Source: Terriglobia bacterium (GTDB lineage: Bacteria > Acidobacteriota > Terriglobia > UBA7540). Taken from it: a DNA stretch of 64,000 nucleotides. The stretch lies in NCBI GenBank assembly GCA_050018275.1, contig JBEKAK010000017.1, positions 6,015 to 70,014 on the forward strand, written 5' to 3'. The translations under genes and the position numbers were made by a program. Each line of letters begins with the position of its first letter. The stretch's first letter is position 1. Under the pieces are notes generated by a model. The model did not search any database, was not told the origin of the DNA, and saw only the letters and a list, made by a program, of their open reading frames with translations. Positions 17,568-28,079 of the stretch are shown piece after piece.

Positions 17568-18410
17568 TCAGCCGTGCAGCTTACGAAACGCCGCGAGACA
17601 GCGCTGAACGGTCTCCATCTCGGAGTAATCGCTGCCTTCCTGTTCGATCAGGTAGTACTCAATTCCTCCGGTGCTTTCGGCGGCCGCGAAAATCTTCTTC
17701 CAGGGCGCCGTCCCCTCGCCCGTCAGGGCCCGATAGCCTTTTTCTGGAGACCAGTCCTTGACGTGTATCGAGCGGATTCGTCCAGGATTCTGATTGATCC
17801 AGGCCACGGGGTCATTGCCTGTTTCCAGACATGTCCCGACGTCCAGTTGCAGGATGATGCTCTTGTTGAGCGTTGCGGCCAGCAGTTCCATCGGCTTTTG
17901 GCCGCCGACCGGTTTCCACTCCAGATCGTGGTTGTGATAGCCCGCGAGCAAGCCCTGCCCTTTCAAGGTGTCGCTTGCTGTGTTGAGTGTTTCCGCCACG
18001 CGCTTCCAGTCATCCAGGCCGCTGACCTTGCCCGGGTGGGCCAGCACGATGTACCGGGCCCCCAGGATTTTATTCAACTCAATCGCCTTGGCGATTCCGT
18101 CCGGAGTGAACGATGGCAGCCCATTGTGTGTCGAGTAGCAACGGATGCCGAGAGCGTCCAGCTCAGTGCGAACCTGCTTTGCATACTCGGGCGTCCAGGC
18201 GTAGTAAGGAGCGAAGAATTCGACACACTGGTAGCCCATCTTCGCCACGCCCCGGACGGTCCCCATCAGATCTTTCTGCAAGTCGTCGCGCACCGAGTAG
18301 AGTTCAAGTCCCACAGGAATTTCCTTCGAGCCCGGCATCGCAGCCGCAAGGGGCCCCGCAGCCATAAGGCCGAGGAACGAACGACGCGAGAAGGAGTTTT
18401 GTCTGTTCAT
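17568..18410 (-). CDS. Sugar phosphate isomerase/epimerase (xylose isomerase-like TIM barrel), Tat-exported
   Basis: Start chosen at MNRQNSFSRRSFLGLMAAGPLAAA (twin-arginine motif). The body has TIM-barrel family patterns (GYQCVEFF, YIVLAHPG, HNHDLEW). Confidence 0.85.
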   Translation of the reverse strand: MNRQNSFSRRSFLGLMAAGPLAAAMPGSKEIPVGLELYSVRDDLQKDLMGTVRGVAKMGYQCVEFFAPYYAWTPEYAKQVRTELDALGIRCYSTHNGLPSFTPDGIAKAIELNKILGARYIVLAHPGKVSGLDDWKRVAETLNTASDTLKGQGLLAGYHNHDLEWKPVGGQKPMELLAATLNKSIILQLDVGTCLETGNDPVAWINQNPGRIRSIHVKDWSPEKGYRALTGEGTAPWKKIFAAAESTGGIEYYLIEQEGSDYSEMETVQRCLAAFRKLHG

Positions 18411-18556
18411 AGTAGGCCTACCATACCACAGCCAAGCGCGAATGACCTTATCCTTCACCAAAAGCGGAGAGGGACGACAGGCGCGACCTCGCCGCCCTGC
18501 GAGCGGCGAGGATTTTGAAGCCCGCCGGTCCTGTTCCCTCGGCACCGGGGCTGCTG

Positions 18557-21500
18557 TTACATCTGGGTCACTTTCCCAACGTTGAACCCCTCCACTACGA
18601 CTCGCGGCGTCTCGCCACGCGTGTCGGCGTGCTCCAACTCAGTCTGAATGGTTCGCCGCTCGCCGGGCATTAATGCGATGTAGTTGTCACTGTAAATTGC
18701 CGGCAGGATCCGGTCTCCACTCTTCTCCCTCACAGCTTTCAGGCGGATCATCAGCGCCGGCTGGCTCGACGGGTTATGCAGCTGGGTCGTTAACTGCCAG
18801 CGATTTCCCTGGCGCTCGACGCGCGTTGCCGCTTCCAGGTTGACCCTGGGCAACTGGCGAATCGCCCGATATTTGCCTTCCTCCCGGCCGCGCAGATAAA
18901 AGTTCGTGGAGACCGTCTCAGACCCGTGCGTCAAGGAGAGCCGCAGGAAGTGCAATGACGTCAGCTCGGGCGGATACTCCATCTTGATGCACGGGGCGAC
19001 GCTGTCTTCCCCGCTATCCAGGGTTGCGGACTTCTCCCATTGCTTCGTCCCGTCCATGTTCAGGACTTCCACCGTGGCGGTCAAGCCTCGCATGTTCCCG
19101 GCACTGTAGTTCACCACTTCGATGCTCTCGGTGACTGGGTTCCACTGAATGTGGAGCGGTTCACAGCCTTTCTTGCACCCAAAGTACGCCGCCGTGGGCT
19201 CAAAATAGTAATCGTAGGTCTGCCACACGAACGACGGCCAGCAAGGATGGCTCATCCAGAGGAGGAGCCCCATGCGGTACTTACTCTGCGCCTCGAACAT
19301 GGCGCGATAACCTTCGTAATTGATGAATTGAGCGAGTGATACCCATTCGTCCACATTGCCGGCGCCGCCGTAGTCGTACTCGATCATGGTCCTGAAGCCC
19401 TCACCGCCTTGCGCGCCACCCAGGCAGAAATCGTGCAGGCCCCAGACGAGCCCCTGTGGCCACAAGGCCGATTCGGGCATCATCGCGCGCACGCTCTCCA
19501 TGGGGGGTATATTCGGCATGCCCATTTCGCTATGCAGCTTCGGGTCGACGCCCAGGGTGAAGTAGAAGTTGAGGGGCATTGCCATGTAAGGCCCGCCGCC
19601 GCTAACCACCCCAAAGGCGGAGTTGGAGATGTAATGAATGGCGGGATGTTTTTCCGCCAGCACTTTCCTGATGCCATCGTCAAGAGGCGGAGGCGGGTTG
19701 CCTTCATTACGGCCGCAGTAAAGACCAATCGAGGGATGGTTTCGAAACCGCAGGACCGAGTCATTTACATTGCGCATGAACAGGTCTTCATCCTCCGGGT
19801 CCGGCCCATCCGCCGGGTTCGCCAGCCAGAACTCTTGCCAGACCATGATACCGTGCCGATCACAGGCCGCAAAGAACTCCTCGTCACCGACCTGCCCTAC
19901 CCAGTTGAGAATCATGGTGAAGTTCATTTCGCGGTGATAACGTACGGCCGCATCGTATTCGCGCGCGCGGTAACGCAGCATGGACTCGCTGAAACCCCAA
20001 TTCCCGCCGCGCGCCACAAACCGCCTGCCATTGATCCAAATCCGCAAGGCGCCGCTCTCTTCGCTGTAGGACATTTGCCGAACGCCTACCTCGAACGCCT
20101 TGGTGTCTGATACTTTCCGGTCCGGCGCCTCGAAGCTCAGCTCCAGGGGGTACAAGTGCAGCTCGCCGTATCCCGCAGGCCACCAGAGCTTGGGATTCTG
20201 CAGCCGCAGGGCCGGAGTGTTCAAGGCGTCAAACTTCACTTTCCTCATTGCGGAGCCGTCGAGGGAAACGCGCTGCTCGAACTGCAACTCCGCCAGGCGT
20301 CCGCGCAGAGTTCCGGTGACGGGCTTGGAGGCGTGGTTCACTAACTCGACCTCGATACTCACGTCTGCGCGCGAGGTATCAGGCAGCGGCAGGGTGGTCG
20401 AAACGAACGGATTCTCGATGGTAACGGCCCCGCTGAGGGTAAGGTAGACATCGCCCCAGATGCCCGTGTCGCGGCCGCGAATGGTGGGAATCCAGTCCCA
20501 ACCAATTGAGGCGTGGTAGGTGGGATTATCGATTCCGAGCGCACCCCCATTCTTGCCCGGATTCTCGAAGGTCTTCTGCTTCATGCTTCCGGGGGTGTCA
20601 TTCTTCTCGACGCGGACAGCCAGCGCGTTTCTGCGGCCAGCGAGCAGGCGCCCGGTGACGTCGAAGCGGCCGCGTATGAATCCACCTTTATACGCCCGAG
20701 TTTTTCGCCATTCAGGAAGACGTCCGCCTTCCAGTTAATCCCGTCGAAGTTCAGCCAAACACGCTGACCTTCAGTTAATGTCGGCGCCGTGAACTCATTC
20801 CGGTACCAGAAATCTGCGTAGAAAAATGAATCCGAAATAAGCAACTGATTGTCGCCGTAATTCGGATCAGGGATTGCACCGATATTCAGGTAGGAGGAGA
20901 GCGCTGTGCCCGGCACGGTAGCAATGACCCACTCCTGGTCCTGGAATCCCACCTTGGAGAGTGTTGCTCCGTCCGCGTTCACAAGGGAATGTCGTTGCAG
21001 GCGCCACGCGCCTCCCGCCAGGTCCAGCCGCCCGTCAGGTCGCGCCGCGGGCGCGGGCTTCGGTTGCGCGACAAACCCGCCCCGCCCGTAAACCTCCATC
21101 TCGCTCAGAATGTACCCATGCGGCGAGGTGGGCCGCTGCATCAGTACGCGCACGTACCTTCCCTGGACGGCCTGCGCCAGCCTGAGGTCATCAGTGTTCC
21201 CTGTTCCCACAGGCAGGGGTTGAATGTCCCGCCAATTCTGCGCATCATCGGAAACCTGGAGGGAGCCCTCCGCGGCGCGCGCGATCCAATACAACACCAC
21301 ACGATCGAATTCACAGCGAGCGCCCAAGTCGACGTAAACCCACTCCTCACCCAAACCCGCGCTCATCCACGCACTCGTGAAACTGTAGGGCCCGCCAATT
21401 TCCACTCTCTGGCTCTGATGGAAGAATCCCACCTCACAGACTTGCCATTCCAGGAAGAACGCGAACGGTGGGGCGTTGACAGCCTCGAGTTCGATCCGAT

Positions 21501-22218
21501 AGAAGCGGCTTTGAGAAGCTGAGCGAAGAGGAATGGAAGACCGGAACCGTTGCCCAGGTTGCGGAAAGCCTGCCGGGTAGCCAATAACGGGTACGGGCTT
21601 CGGATTAGTCACCTTACCCAATTCCTTCCACTCCCGTCCGTCGTCGGAGACCAAGACAGCAACAGCTAGGTCCTCCGGTTTCAAGGTGCGGGGTGCGATG
21701 AGGAGGACGTCAACACGGTCGATCTCCGGAACCCTCGCCCCGCCTCCCAATTGAACCTGCACCCACGGGCGCGGACCCCGCAAGTCGACGACGCTGACTG
21801 CGTTGTGGTCCAGGAAGAACTCCCGCTCGGGCTTAGGGAGTTCGCCACGAAAGCCTGCCCAAGTTGCAACCCAGTCGGGAAGATGTGAATCCTTGATCCC
21901 ATCTGTAACCAGTTGGGCCGTCAGGTTGTAATCGTGGCAACTGGAGTGATACGCGGGCCGCCGCAGCGCCAGATTCCGGTAGGTCGAGGCATCTGCCACC
22001 AGCACCGGGCCAAAATCCTCACGCGGATCGCCCGGGTAAACACCGACCCCTCGCGTGTACTCCCCAGCCGCTGCGGACTCCGCACCTCGGCGCGGTGAAC
22101 TCCGGGCGCCAGACAGCGGCTCAGGAGCAGCACCCATTGCCAAGGCCCGCAGATCTCCCAGTGCCAAACCCGCACCCGCAACCGTGGTCTTCAGAAAGGT
22201 CCTTCGGGAAGGAGACAT
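18557..22218 (-). pseudogene. Glycoside hydrolase family 2 with two N-terminal F5/8 type C (discoidin) domains, split by a 1-nt frameshift
   Basis: ORF 20581-22218 has a Tat signal (SRRTFLK) and discoidin-like segments, and ends ...WLNFDGINWKADVFLNGEKLGRIK followed by out-of-frame residues. The adjacent frame continues KGGFIRGRFDVTGRLLAGRNALAVRVEKNDTPGSMKQKTFENPGKNGGALGIDNPTYHASIGWDWIP, which is the start of ORF 18557-20584. The junction is at the AAAGG run, 20685-20689. Confidence 0.8.
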
Positions 22219-22561
22219 CTGAGTCCTCCATGGTTTCGTCGCGCTCTACAGTCAGACACCCCGGCGGGGTGGACGGCGCCATAGCTGCGCCCCCCTTCAA
22301 CTGGGCCGACCCTCGCCAGACTGCTGGTGCCAGCCCCGCCGCGAGGCAAATTATAGCCGGGGCACAACCCTCGGGACAAAGCGCCGAGGGCTGAGATTCC
22401 GAATCAGCCTTGGAGGGACCGCAAAAATGGCGCATGCCCGCACCCGATGTGGTACGGCGCGCGACGGTGCTGCAATCGGCCGGCTCACTCAGAAGAAGGC
22501 ATCACGAGGTCATCCCGTCGCATGGTCCCTCGCAGTTCGGCCTTTGCCGTGCGCCACCTGA

Positions 22562-23248
22562 TCGGATAGAATCAAGCCGATCGTTCGAACGTCCCTTTCT
22601 AGCCTGGTAATTATTTCCGAGTTTGGCACGCCAGGAGTTTTCGCGCCCGACTCCAAGAGCGCGGACAAACTCCGCGGGCGTATTTTCCGCGACCAGATGG
22701 AGCAAGTCGGCAAGCAGGATTGGATCGCCGGGGCCATCATGTGGTGTTATCAGGATTATAAATCGCACCGGAACCTGTGGCCGGGTGTGACCGCCGGCAT
22801 CGTGGACCGCGGCGTGGTGGACGAGAACCGGCAGCGCCGACCGTCCTACCAGGTCTGGCAGGGCTTGAGCAGTCCGGCGCACATCCAAATGGGATGGAAC
22901 TTCGACCCCGAGCGGCGACCCGTGGGGTTCAGCGCCACCCTTTCCAGGCGCGGCCCCGACGAGATTCCTTCCTATTCGTTGCGTGGTTACCGCGTGAGAT
23001 GGGAAGTGTGCCACCGCGACAACACTAAACTTGCCGGAGGCGAAAAGGATCTGCCCGAGATCGGCGCTCCCCAAACCCTGGAGGCGAACTGGCCCACTTC
23101 CACCTCTAGATCGCTCAAACCGACCCTGCGGCTATTTCGCCCCACAGGCTTCGTCGCCGCCGAGCAAGTCCTCGATTGGTGGGAACCGCGTTCGGGAGGC
23201 GATTATACTGAAGATATGAAGGGCGAGGGAAAGTCCGTCCCTGACTGA
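22562..23248 (+). pseudogene. 5'-truncated glycoside hydrolase family 2 fragment (end of TIM barrel plus C-terminal beta domain)
   Basis: The open frame from 22562 reads ...LVIISEFGTPGVFAPD...DWIAGAIMWCYQDYKS...GVVDENRQRRPSYQVW. This is the nucleophile-Glu region onward of a GH2 barrel. A stop lies immediately upstream at 22559-22561 and no N-terminal ~500 aa are present. Confidence 0.6.
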
Positions 23249-23483
23249 TATCTCTGCAGTGCTTGAGTGTATTCTGGGGATCCTTCCCCGGGTCTGTGGG
23301 CAGAGCTATTGGTCACAGATTCCTCCACCTGCGCTAGACACTCGCCCCAGCCAATGAGGAATACCTCCTGGCTGCCGCTTAAGCGCCTTGAACGACAGAA
23401 CTGCGCGCAATCGGCACTCGGCGCGCAACCGACACGCCTGGCCACGTACCGGAGTTACACTCTCTGACGTGAAAAGGATAGCC

Positions 23484-25859
23484 ATGATTCCCCGTCTTTC
23501 AAACTGGGCGCTCTTCGTCATCGTGCTGCTGGTGGCCGTTCCGGCCAGCGTTTCAGACTCCCAGACGGTCCCTCCCGACTTGCTGACCCAGCCCTGGGCG
23601 GCAAGCTGGATCGGACATCCGGACGGCCCGGCGCGCGAATTTGCCGTTTTCCATTTTCGCAAGACGTTTGCACTCGACACGACGCCGAAGCGTTTTGTCA
23701 TCCATGCCAGTGGGGACAACCGCTACGAACTGTTTGTGAACGGCCATCGCGTGCTCACGGGACCGGCGCGCGGCGACTTGAAGCACTGGCGCTATGAGAC
23801 GCGCGACATCGCCCCGCAGCTCCACGCGGGAAAGAACGTGCTGGCGGCGGTGGTGTGGAACTACGCCGAACTGGCGCCAATGGCACAGATGATGAACGCG
23901 GCCGGATTCCTCGTCCAGGGTGACGGCGCGGACGAAGCTGTGGTGAACACCGACGCTTCCTGGAGGACGTTCAAGAACCAGGCCCTGCAGCCCATTCCTT
24001 ACAACACTCAGAACATGGGCACGTATTTCGTGGCCGGTCCCGGCGAGCGCCTGGAGGCCTCCCGCTATCCCTGGGGCTGGGAGAAGCCCGATTACGACGA
24101 TTCGGCGTGGGTCTCCGCGACTGTCGTCTCGCCAGCCGCGCCACGTGGCGCAAGGGACAGCCCCTCGCGCTGGTTCCTGATTCCCCGCAAAATTCCCCTC
24201 ATGGAAGAGAAAACCGAGAGGCTCGCGCGCTTGGTGCGCGCCCAAGGCGTGGAAGCATCAAGTGATTTCCTGCAAGGCCACGCACCGCTCACCGTTCCGG
24301 CGAATTCCCACGTGGCGTTGCTGTTTGATCAGGCTCATCTGACCACGGCGTATCCGGAACTCCTCACCAGCGGCGGGCGAGGCGCGGAAATCACCCTCAC
24401 CTATGCCGAGGCCCTCTTCAAGAATCGCCAGAAGGGGAATCGGGATGAAACGGAAGGCCGGGAGATCGTCGGGTACCACGACCAGTTTCTTCCCGATGGC
24501 GGCGAGCACCGGTTGTTCCGCCCGCTCTGGTGGCGAACCTACCGCTATCTGCAAGTGGATGTCGCGACGCAATCGGAACCTGTGGTGCTCGAGGACCTGC
24601 GCGGGGTCTTCACGGCGTATCCGTTCGTGATGCGCGCGCAATTTTCGAGCGATAACCCGGAACTCGAAAAAATGTGGGAGGTCGGGTGGCGCACGGCGCG
24701 GCTTTGCGCGCACGAAACCTACATGGACTGCCCGTATTATGAACAATTGCAATACGGCGGCGACACCCGCATCCAGGCCCTGATTTCCCTTTACCTGACC
24801 GGCGACGAGCGCCTAATGAAGAATGCCATCGAGACGCTGGACGAATCGCGCACACCGGAGGGCCTGACACAGAGCCGTTACCCTTCCTGGCTGCCGCAAT
24901 ACATCCCGCCTTTCTCACTTTTCTGGATCGGGATGATGCACGACCTGTGGTGGTATCGCCGTGACGCGGAATTCCTGCGCGGTTATCTGCCCGGTGTGCG
25001 AAACGTTCTGGAGTGGTTCGAAAATCGGCTGACATCTTCCGCCCTGCTGGGACGGATGGAGTGGTGGAACTTCGTGGATTGGGTTGACGCTTTCGAGGAC
25101 GGCGTCCCGCCGCAGGAAAAGGATGGCCAATCGTCGATCCTGAGCCTGCAGTTCGTCGCCGGGCTACGGGCGGCCGCCGATCTGGAAGCCGCCATTGGCA
25201 GCGCGAGGGAGGCCGCGCGTGATCATGCACTCGCCTCGAAAATCGCGGTCGCAGTTTACCAGGCATGCTGGGACCCTGCACGGCACCTCGTCGCCGACAC
25301 CCCAGCACGCAAGCACTTCACCCAGCACGCCAACGTTCTGGCTGTCCTGGAAGATGTCATCCCGCCTGCGGACCAGGCAGCGGTGATGAAGACCGTGCTC
25401 AGTGATGCTTCGCTGACCCAAGCTTCTTACTATTTCCGGTTTTATCTCTTCCGCGCGATGAAGAAAACTGGTCTGGCCGATCAATATCTCGACCAACTCG
25501 GCCCCTGGCGGCAGATGCTGGCGTTGGGACTCACTACCTGGGCGGAGACGCCGGAGCCCACGCGCTCGGATTGCCACGCCTGGAGCGCGCACCCGAATTT
25601 TGATCTGCTGGCGACGGTCGCGGGAATCGAGCCTGCGGCCGCTGGGTTTCGCGAAGTGGAGATTCGTCCTCATCTCGGCTCGCTACAGCAACTCAAGGCC
25701 TCGCTCCCGCATCCACAGGGAGAAATCCGCGTCTCCTATGAACGTCACGGAAAGAGTTTGACCGCCGACGTGGAGTTACCGCAGAAAATGAGCGGTCGGT
25801 TCTACTGGGGCGGCAAGCAAATGGCGCTTCACGGGGGCCATCAGCATTTGGTCTTTTAG
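23484..25859 (+). CDS. Alpha-L-rhamnosidase-like glycoside hydrolase (GH78 family), secreted
   Basis: Six-hairpin glycosidase signature ETYMDCPYYEQLQYGGDTRIQALISLY and a C-terminal rhamnosidase-like region. Start chosen at MIPRLSNWALFVIVLLVAVPASV, with AAGGA 6 nt upstream. Confidence 0.85.
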   Translation: MIPRLSNWALFVIVLLVAVPASVSDSQTVPPDLLTQPWAASWIGHPDGPAREFAVFHFRKTFALDTTPKRFVIHASGDNRYELFVNGHRVLTGPARGDLKHWRYETRDIAPQLHAGKNVLAAVVWNYAELAPMAQMMNAAGFLVQGDGADEAVVNTDASWRTFKNQALQPIPYNTQNMGTYFVAGPGERLEASRYPWGWEKPDYDDSAWVSATVVSPAAPRGARDSPSRWFLIPRKIPLMEEKTERLARLVRAQGVEASSDFLQGHAPLTVPANSHVALLFDQAHLTTAYPELLTSGGRGAEITLTYAEALFKNRQKGNRDETEGREIVGYHDQFLPDGGEHRLFRPLWWRTYRYLQVDVATQSEPVVLEDLRGVFTAYPFVMRAQFSSDNPELEKMWEVGWRTARLCAHETYMDCPYYEQLQYGGDTRIQALISLYLTGDERLMKNAIETLDESRTPEGLTQSRYPSWLPQYIPPFSLFWIGMMHDLWWYRRDAEFLRGYLPGVRNVLEWFENRLTSSALLGRMEWWNFVDWVDAFEDGVPPQEKDGQSSILSLQFVAGLRAAADLEAAIGSAREAARDHALASKIAVAVYQACWDPARHLVADTPARKHFTQHANVLAVLEDVIPPADQAAVMKTVLSDASLTQASYYFRFYLFRAMKKTGLADQYLDQLGPWRQMLALGLTTWAETPEPTRSDCHAWSAHPNFDLLATVAGIEPAAAGFREVEIRPHLGSLQQLKASLPHPQGEIRVSYERHGKSLTADVELPQKMSGRFYWGGKQMALHGGHQHLVF

Positions 25860-25987
25860 CAGCTTGCTGAGAACTGTTCCAAGGGGGCCGTCCTGAACCC
25901 TGCGAGGCAGGACTGCTCTACGGCGGGGCGCTCCGCGGACTCGACAAACGTAGATCACCTTTCGACCCCGGCTGACTTGCCAGCCGT

Positions 25988-26824
25988 TTACTCTCCTAGT
26001 GACTCCTGTGCTCCCGCCAGGGGCTTCAGCGCTGTGAGCTTCAAAACCAGAGGGATGACCTTACCGCCGCTCACGATGTCCACATGCTCGTATTGAGAGC
26101 GGAGGTAAAGCAGGGGGGCCAGGATTTCCCGGGGCGTGAAATCGGGAAGTTTCTCGGGAATGCTGCTTCGCTGGGCCGTACCAAAAATACGGCGCGCGAA
26201 GCGGTCGGATTCCTGCGAGGTTTCATCCGCCACCAGCACCAGGCGGTGCGATCTAGCATCCGCCGAACTGCACAGCCAGTAACGGAACTCTCGCTGGCCG
26301 CGATAGAGGCCATCCAGCAGAATCACATATTTGACGCGCGGGTCATGCAGCCAGTACAAGATGGTACGGAACGCCCCGCTGTGGCCCACCACCACCAGGG
26401 GCCCGCGCGGCAAACGGAAGGGCGAGGTTCTGTCCACCGTTCGCAGCAGAGCCTCGAGGGACGTCCAGGGAACTTGCTCCTCCATCGACTGGGGCGACTG
26501 CGGGGCGATGAAGAGCGCGTTCCGTCCGCTCGCCTCAAACTGCGCGGCCAGGTGATCCTCCGTCCAGGTTTGATCGACGGAAGTGGAATAGCCGTGGACG
26601 TAAACCACCGTGCCTGCCGTGCGCGGATCATAATCCGCGGGACGCCACACGTGAACGGGGCCGCGCTCCGTTTCCAGGCGCAGGTGCTCTCCTCGGGCTT
26701 CGCCGCCGGGAGAGCTTTCACTCTCCGCCTGCTGCGCAGGGTTGCAGGTGGAGGGAGCAGCACCGGCCAAGAGCATGGCCCACACCAACCCTGCGAACAC
26801 GAGAATGAAGAAACGCCCTTTCAT
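25988..26824 (-). CDS. Secreted alpha/beta-hydrolase-like protein of unknown function
   Basis: Start at MKGRFFILVFAGLVWAMLLAGAA (ATG 26824 overlaps the upstream TGA as ATGA). Contains VYVHGY and a GxSxG-like nucleophile elbow, VVVGHSGAF. No specific family recognised. Confidence 0.6.
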   Translation of the reverse strand: MKGRFFILVFAGLVWAMLLAGAAPSTCNPAQQAESESSPGGEARGEHLRLETERGPVHVWRPADYDPRTAGTVVYVHGYSTSVDQTWTEDHLAAQFEASGRNALFIAPQSPQSMEEQVPWTSLEALLRTVDRTSPFRLPRGPLVVVGHSGAFRTILYWLHDPRVKYVILLDGLYRGQREFRYWLCSSADARSHRLVLVADETSQESDRFARRIFGTAQRSSIPEKLPDFTPREILAPLLYLRSQYEHVDIVSGGKVIPLVLKLTALKPLAGAQESLGE

Positions 26825-28068
26825 GGTGTCGGGTGCTGTGCGCGGCGGGTGACCAGCAGGTGGTAGGATTTTTCGGAGTCCACGTAGCCATACCGGAAGG
26901 TCAACTTGCGATGCGGCTGCTGGGCCCACAACTCCCGGAACTGGTCGTTGTATTCCTCGCTGGCGCTCAAAAAGGAGCCGTGGAAGGTGCCATAGGTCTC
27001 CTGGACAAATCCCGCTTGGCGAGCGGGTTCGGGGGGGATTCCCGTGCTGTCGGAAATCATGAACTCCATGTTCGCCAGCAGGTAATTGCGTGTGCGCGAA
27101 AACAAGGGATTCCACAAGCAGTAGCTGGCGGCTTTGGTCATCGCCGCGACGCGTCCTTGCCGCTCGAGATAGCGCAGCACCGCGGAGTTCTTCTTCAGGT
27201 AATCATTCCGAAGGTTCGCCCCAATGTGACGATGGATGCGGAGAGGGCCATCGCCCCCGACGGGACGAAACACCAGTTCCGAGTTCGCAAACGCCTCCGA
27301 GAAATCCGGAGGGGTCCATTGCCCGTGCCGCCGCTGCGCTAGACGGGTCTCCAGGCTGCGGATCTCCTCCGCCGAGTAATAGTGAAGCGAACCATCCGCT
27401 TCCACACGGAAATAGCGCAGAGAAACGGGCTCGTAGCCGTGCACGGCCAGCCCCACCAGGAAAAAACAGAGCTGCCCCGGCAGATCTCCACGCTGCGTAG
27501 CTTCCAGGCTTTCGCTCGTGCTCTCATTCAGGGCGAGCAGGCCAATTACCTTATGATCGAGGAAGTCCAGGCTCTCCTTAAGCCGCTTATTATCGACGCC
27601 CATAATACGCCGTGGATCACCTGAGAGTTCCAGCGACAGGGTCGTAATCTCGCGGGCGTGGGTATAAGTGGTCAGGGCGGAAAGCAAGTCGCCGCCGCCG
27701 AAGGGATAAATCACGTTGTCGGGCAATTGAGGGGGAAGCAGGGCGGCGAAAAAAGGCTTGGCGCGGGCCAGGTACTGGCGCCGATACTGCTCCACCCGGG
27801 AATTGAGCCACTGGCAGTGCTTGGCGACGATGTGGGGGTCGAGGGTCGGAGGCAACGTGGCATTGCCACCGCACGCGGCCACCCGGTAGAGGAGCTGTGC
27901 CTCGGCGGCAAAGTCTTGGCCCTCCGAACCGGCGGCTGACACCGCTGGGGCGAAAGGTGGCGCGAGGATGATGGCGAGCGCGGCCAGGAAAAAGCACCGC
28001 CCCGGTGAGAAGACTGATCTGTTTCGAGTTTCCAAACCTACCCTTCCAGGCTGCGGAGCCTTGAGCAT
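26821..28068 (-). CDS. Secreted conserved hypothetical protein
   Basis: 415 aa from MLKAPQ, with signal-like CFFLAALAIILAPPFAPAVSAAG and conserved-looking blocks YPFGGGDLLSAL and MEFMISDSTGIPPEP. I cannot name the family. The longer ORF to 28158 would overlap the upstream gene by 79 nt. Confidence 0.55.
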   Translation of the reverse strand: MLKAPQPGRVGLETRNRSVFSPGRCFFLAALAIILAPPFAPAVSAAGSEGQDFAAEAQLLYRVAACGGNATLPPTLDPHIVAKHCQWLNSRVEQYRRQYLARAKPFFAALLPPQLPDNVIYPFGGGDLLSALTTYTHAREITTLSLELSGDPRRIMGVDNKRLKESLDFLDHKVIGLLALNESTSESLEATQRGDLPGQLCFFLVGLAVHGYEPVSLRYFRVEADGSLHYYSAEEIRSLETRLAQRRHGQWTPPDFSEAFANSELVFRPVGGDGPLRIHRHIGANLRNDYLKKNSAVLRYLERQGRVAAMTKAASYCLWNPLFSRTRNYLLANMEFMISDSTGIPPEPARQAGFVQETYGTFHGSFLSASEEYNDQFRELWAQQPHRKLTFRYGYVDSEKSYHLLVTRRAQHPTP

Positions 28069-28079
28069 GAGCGTCAAGG

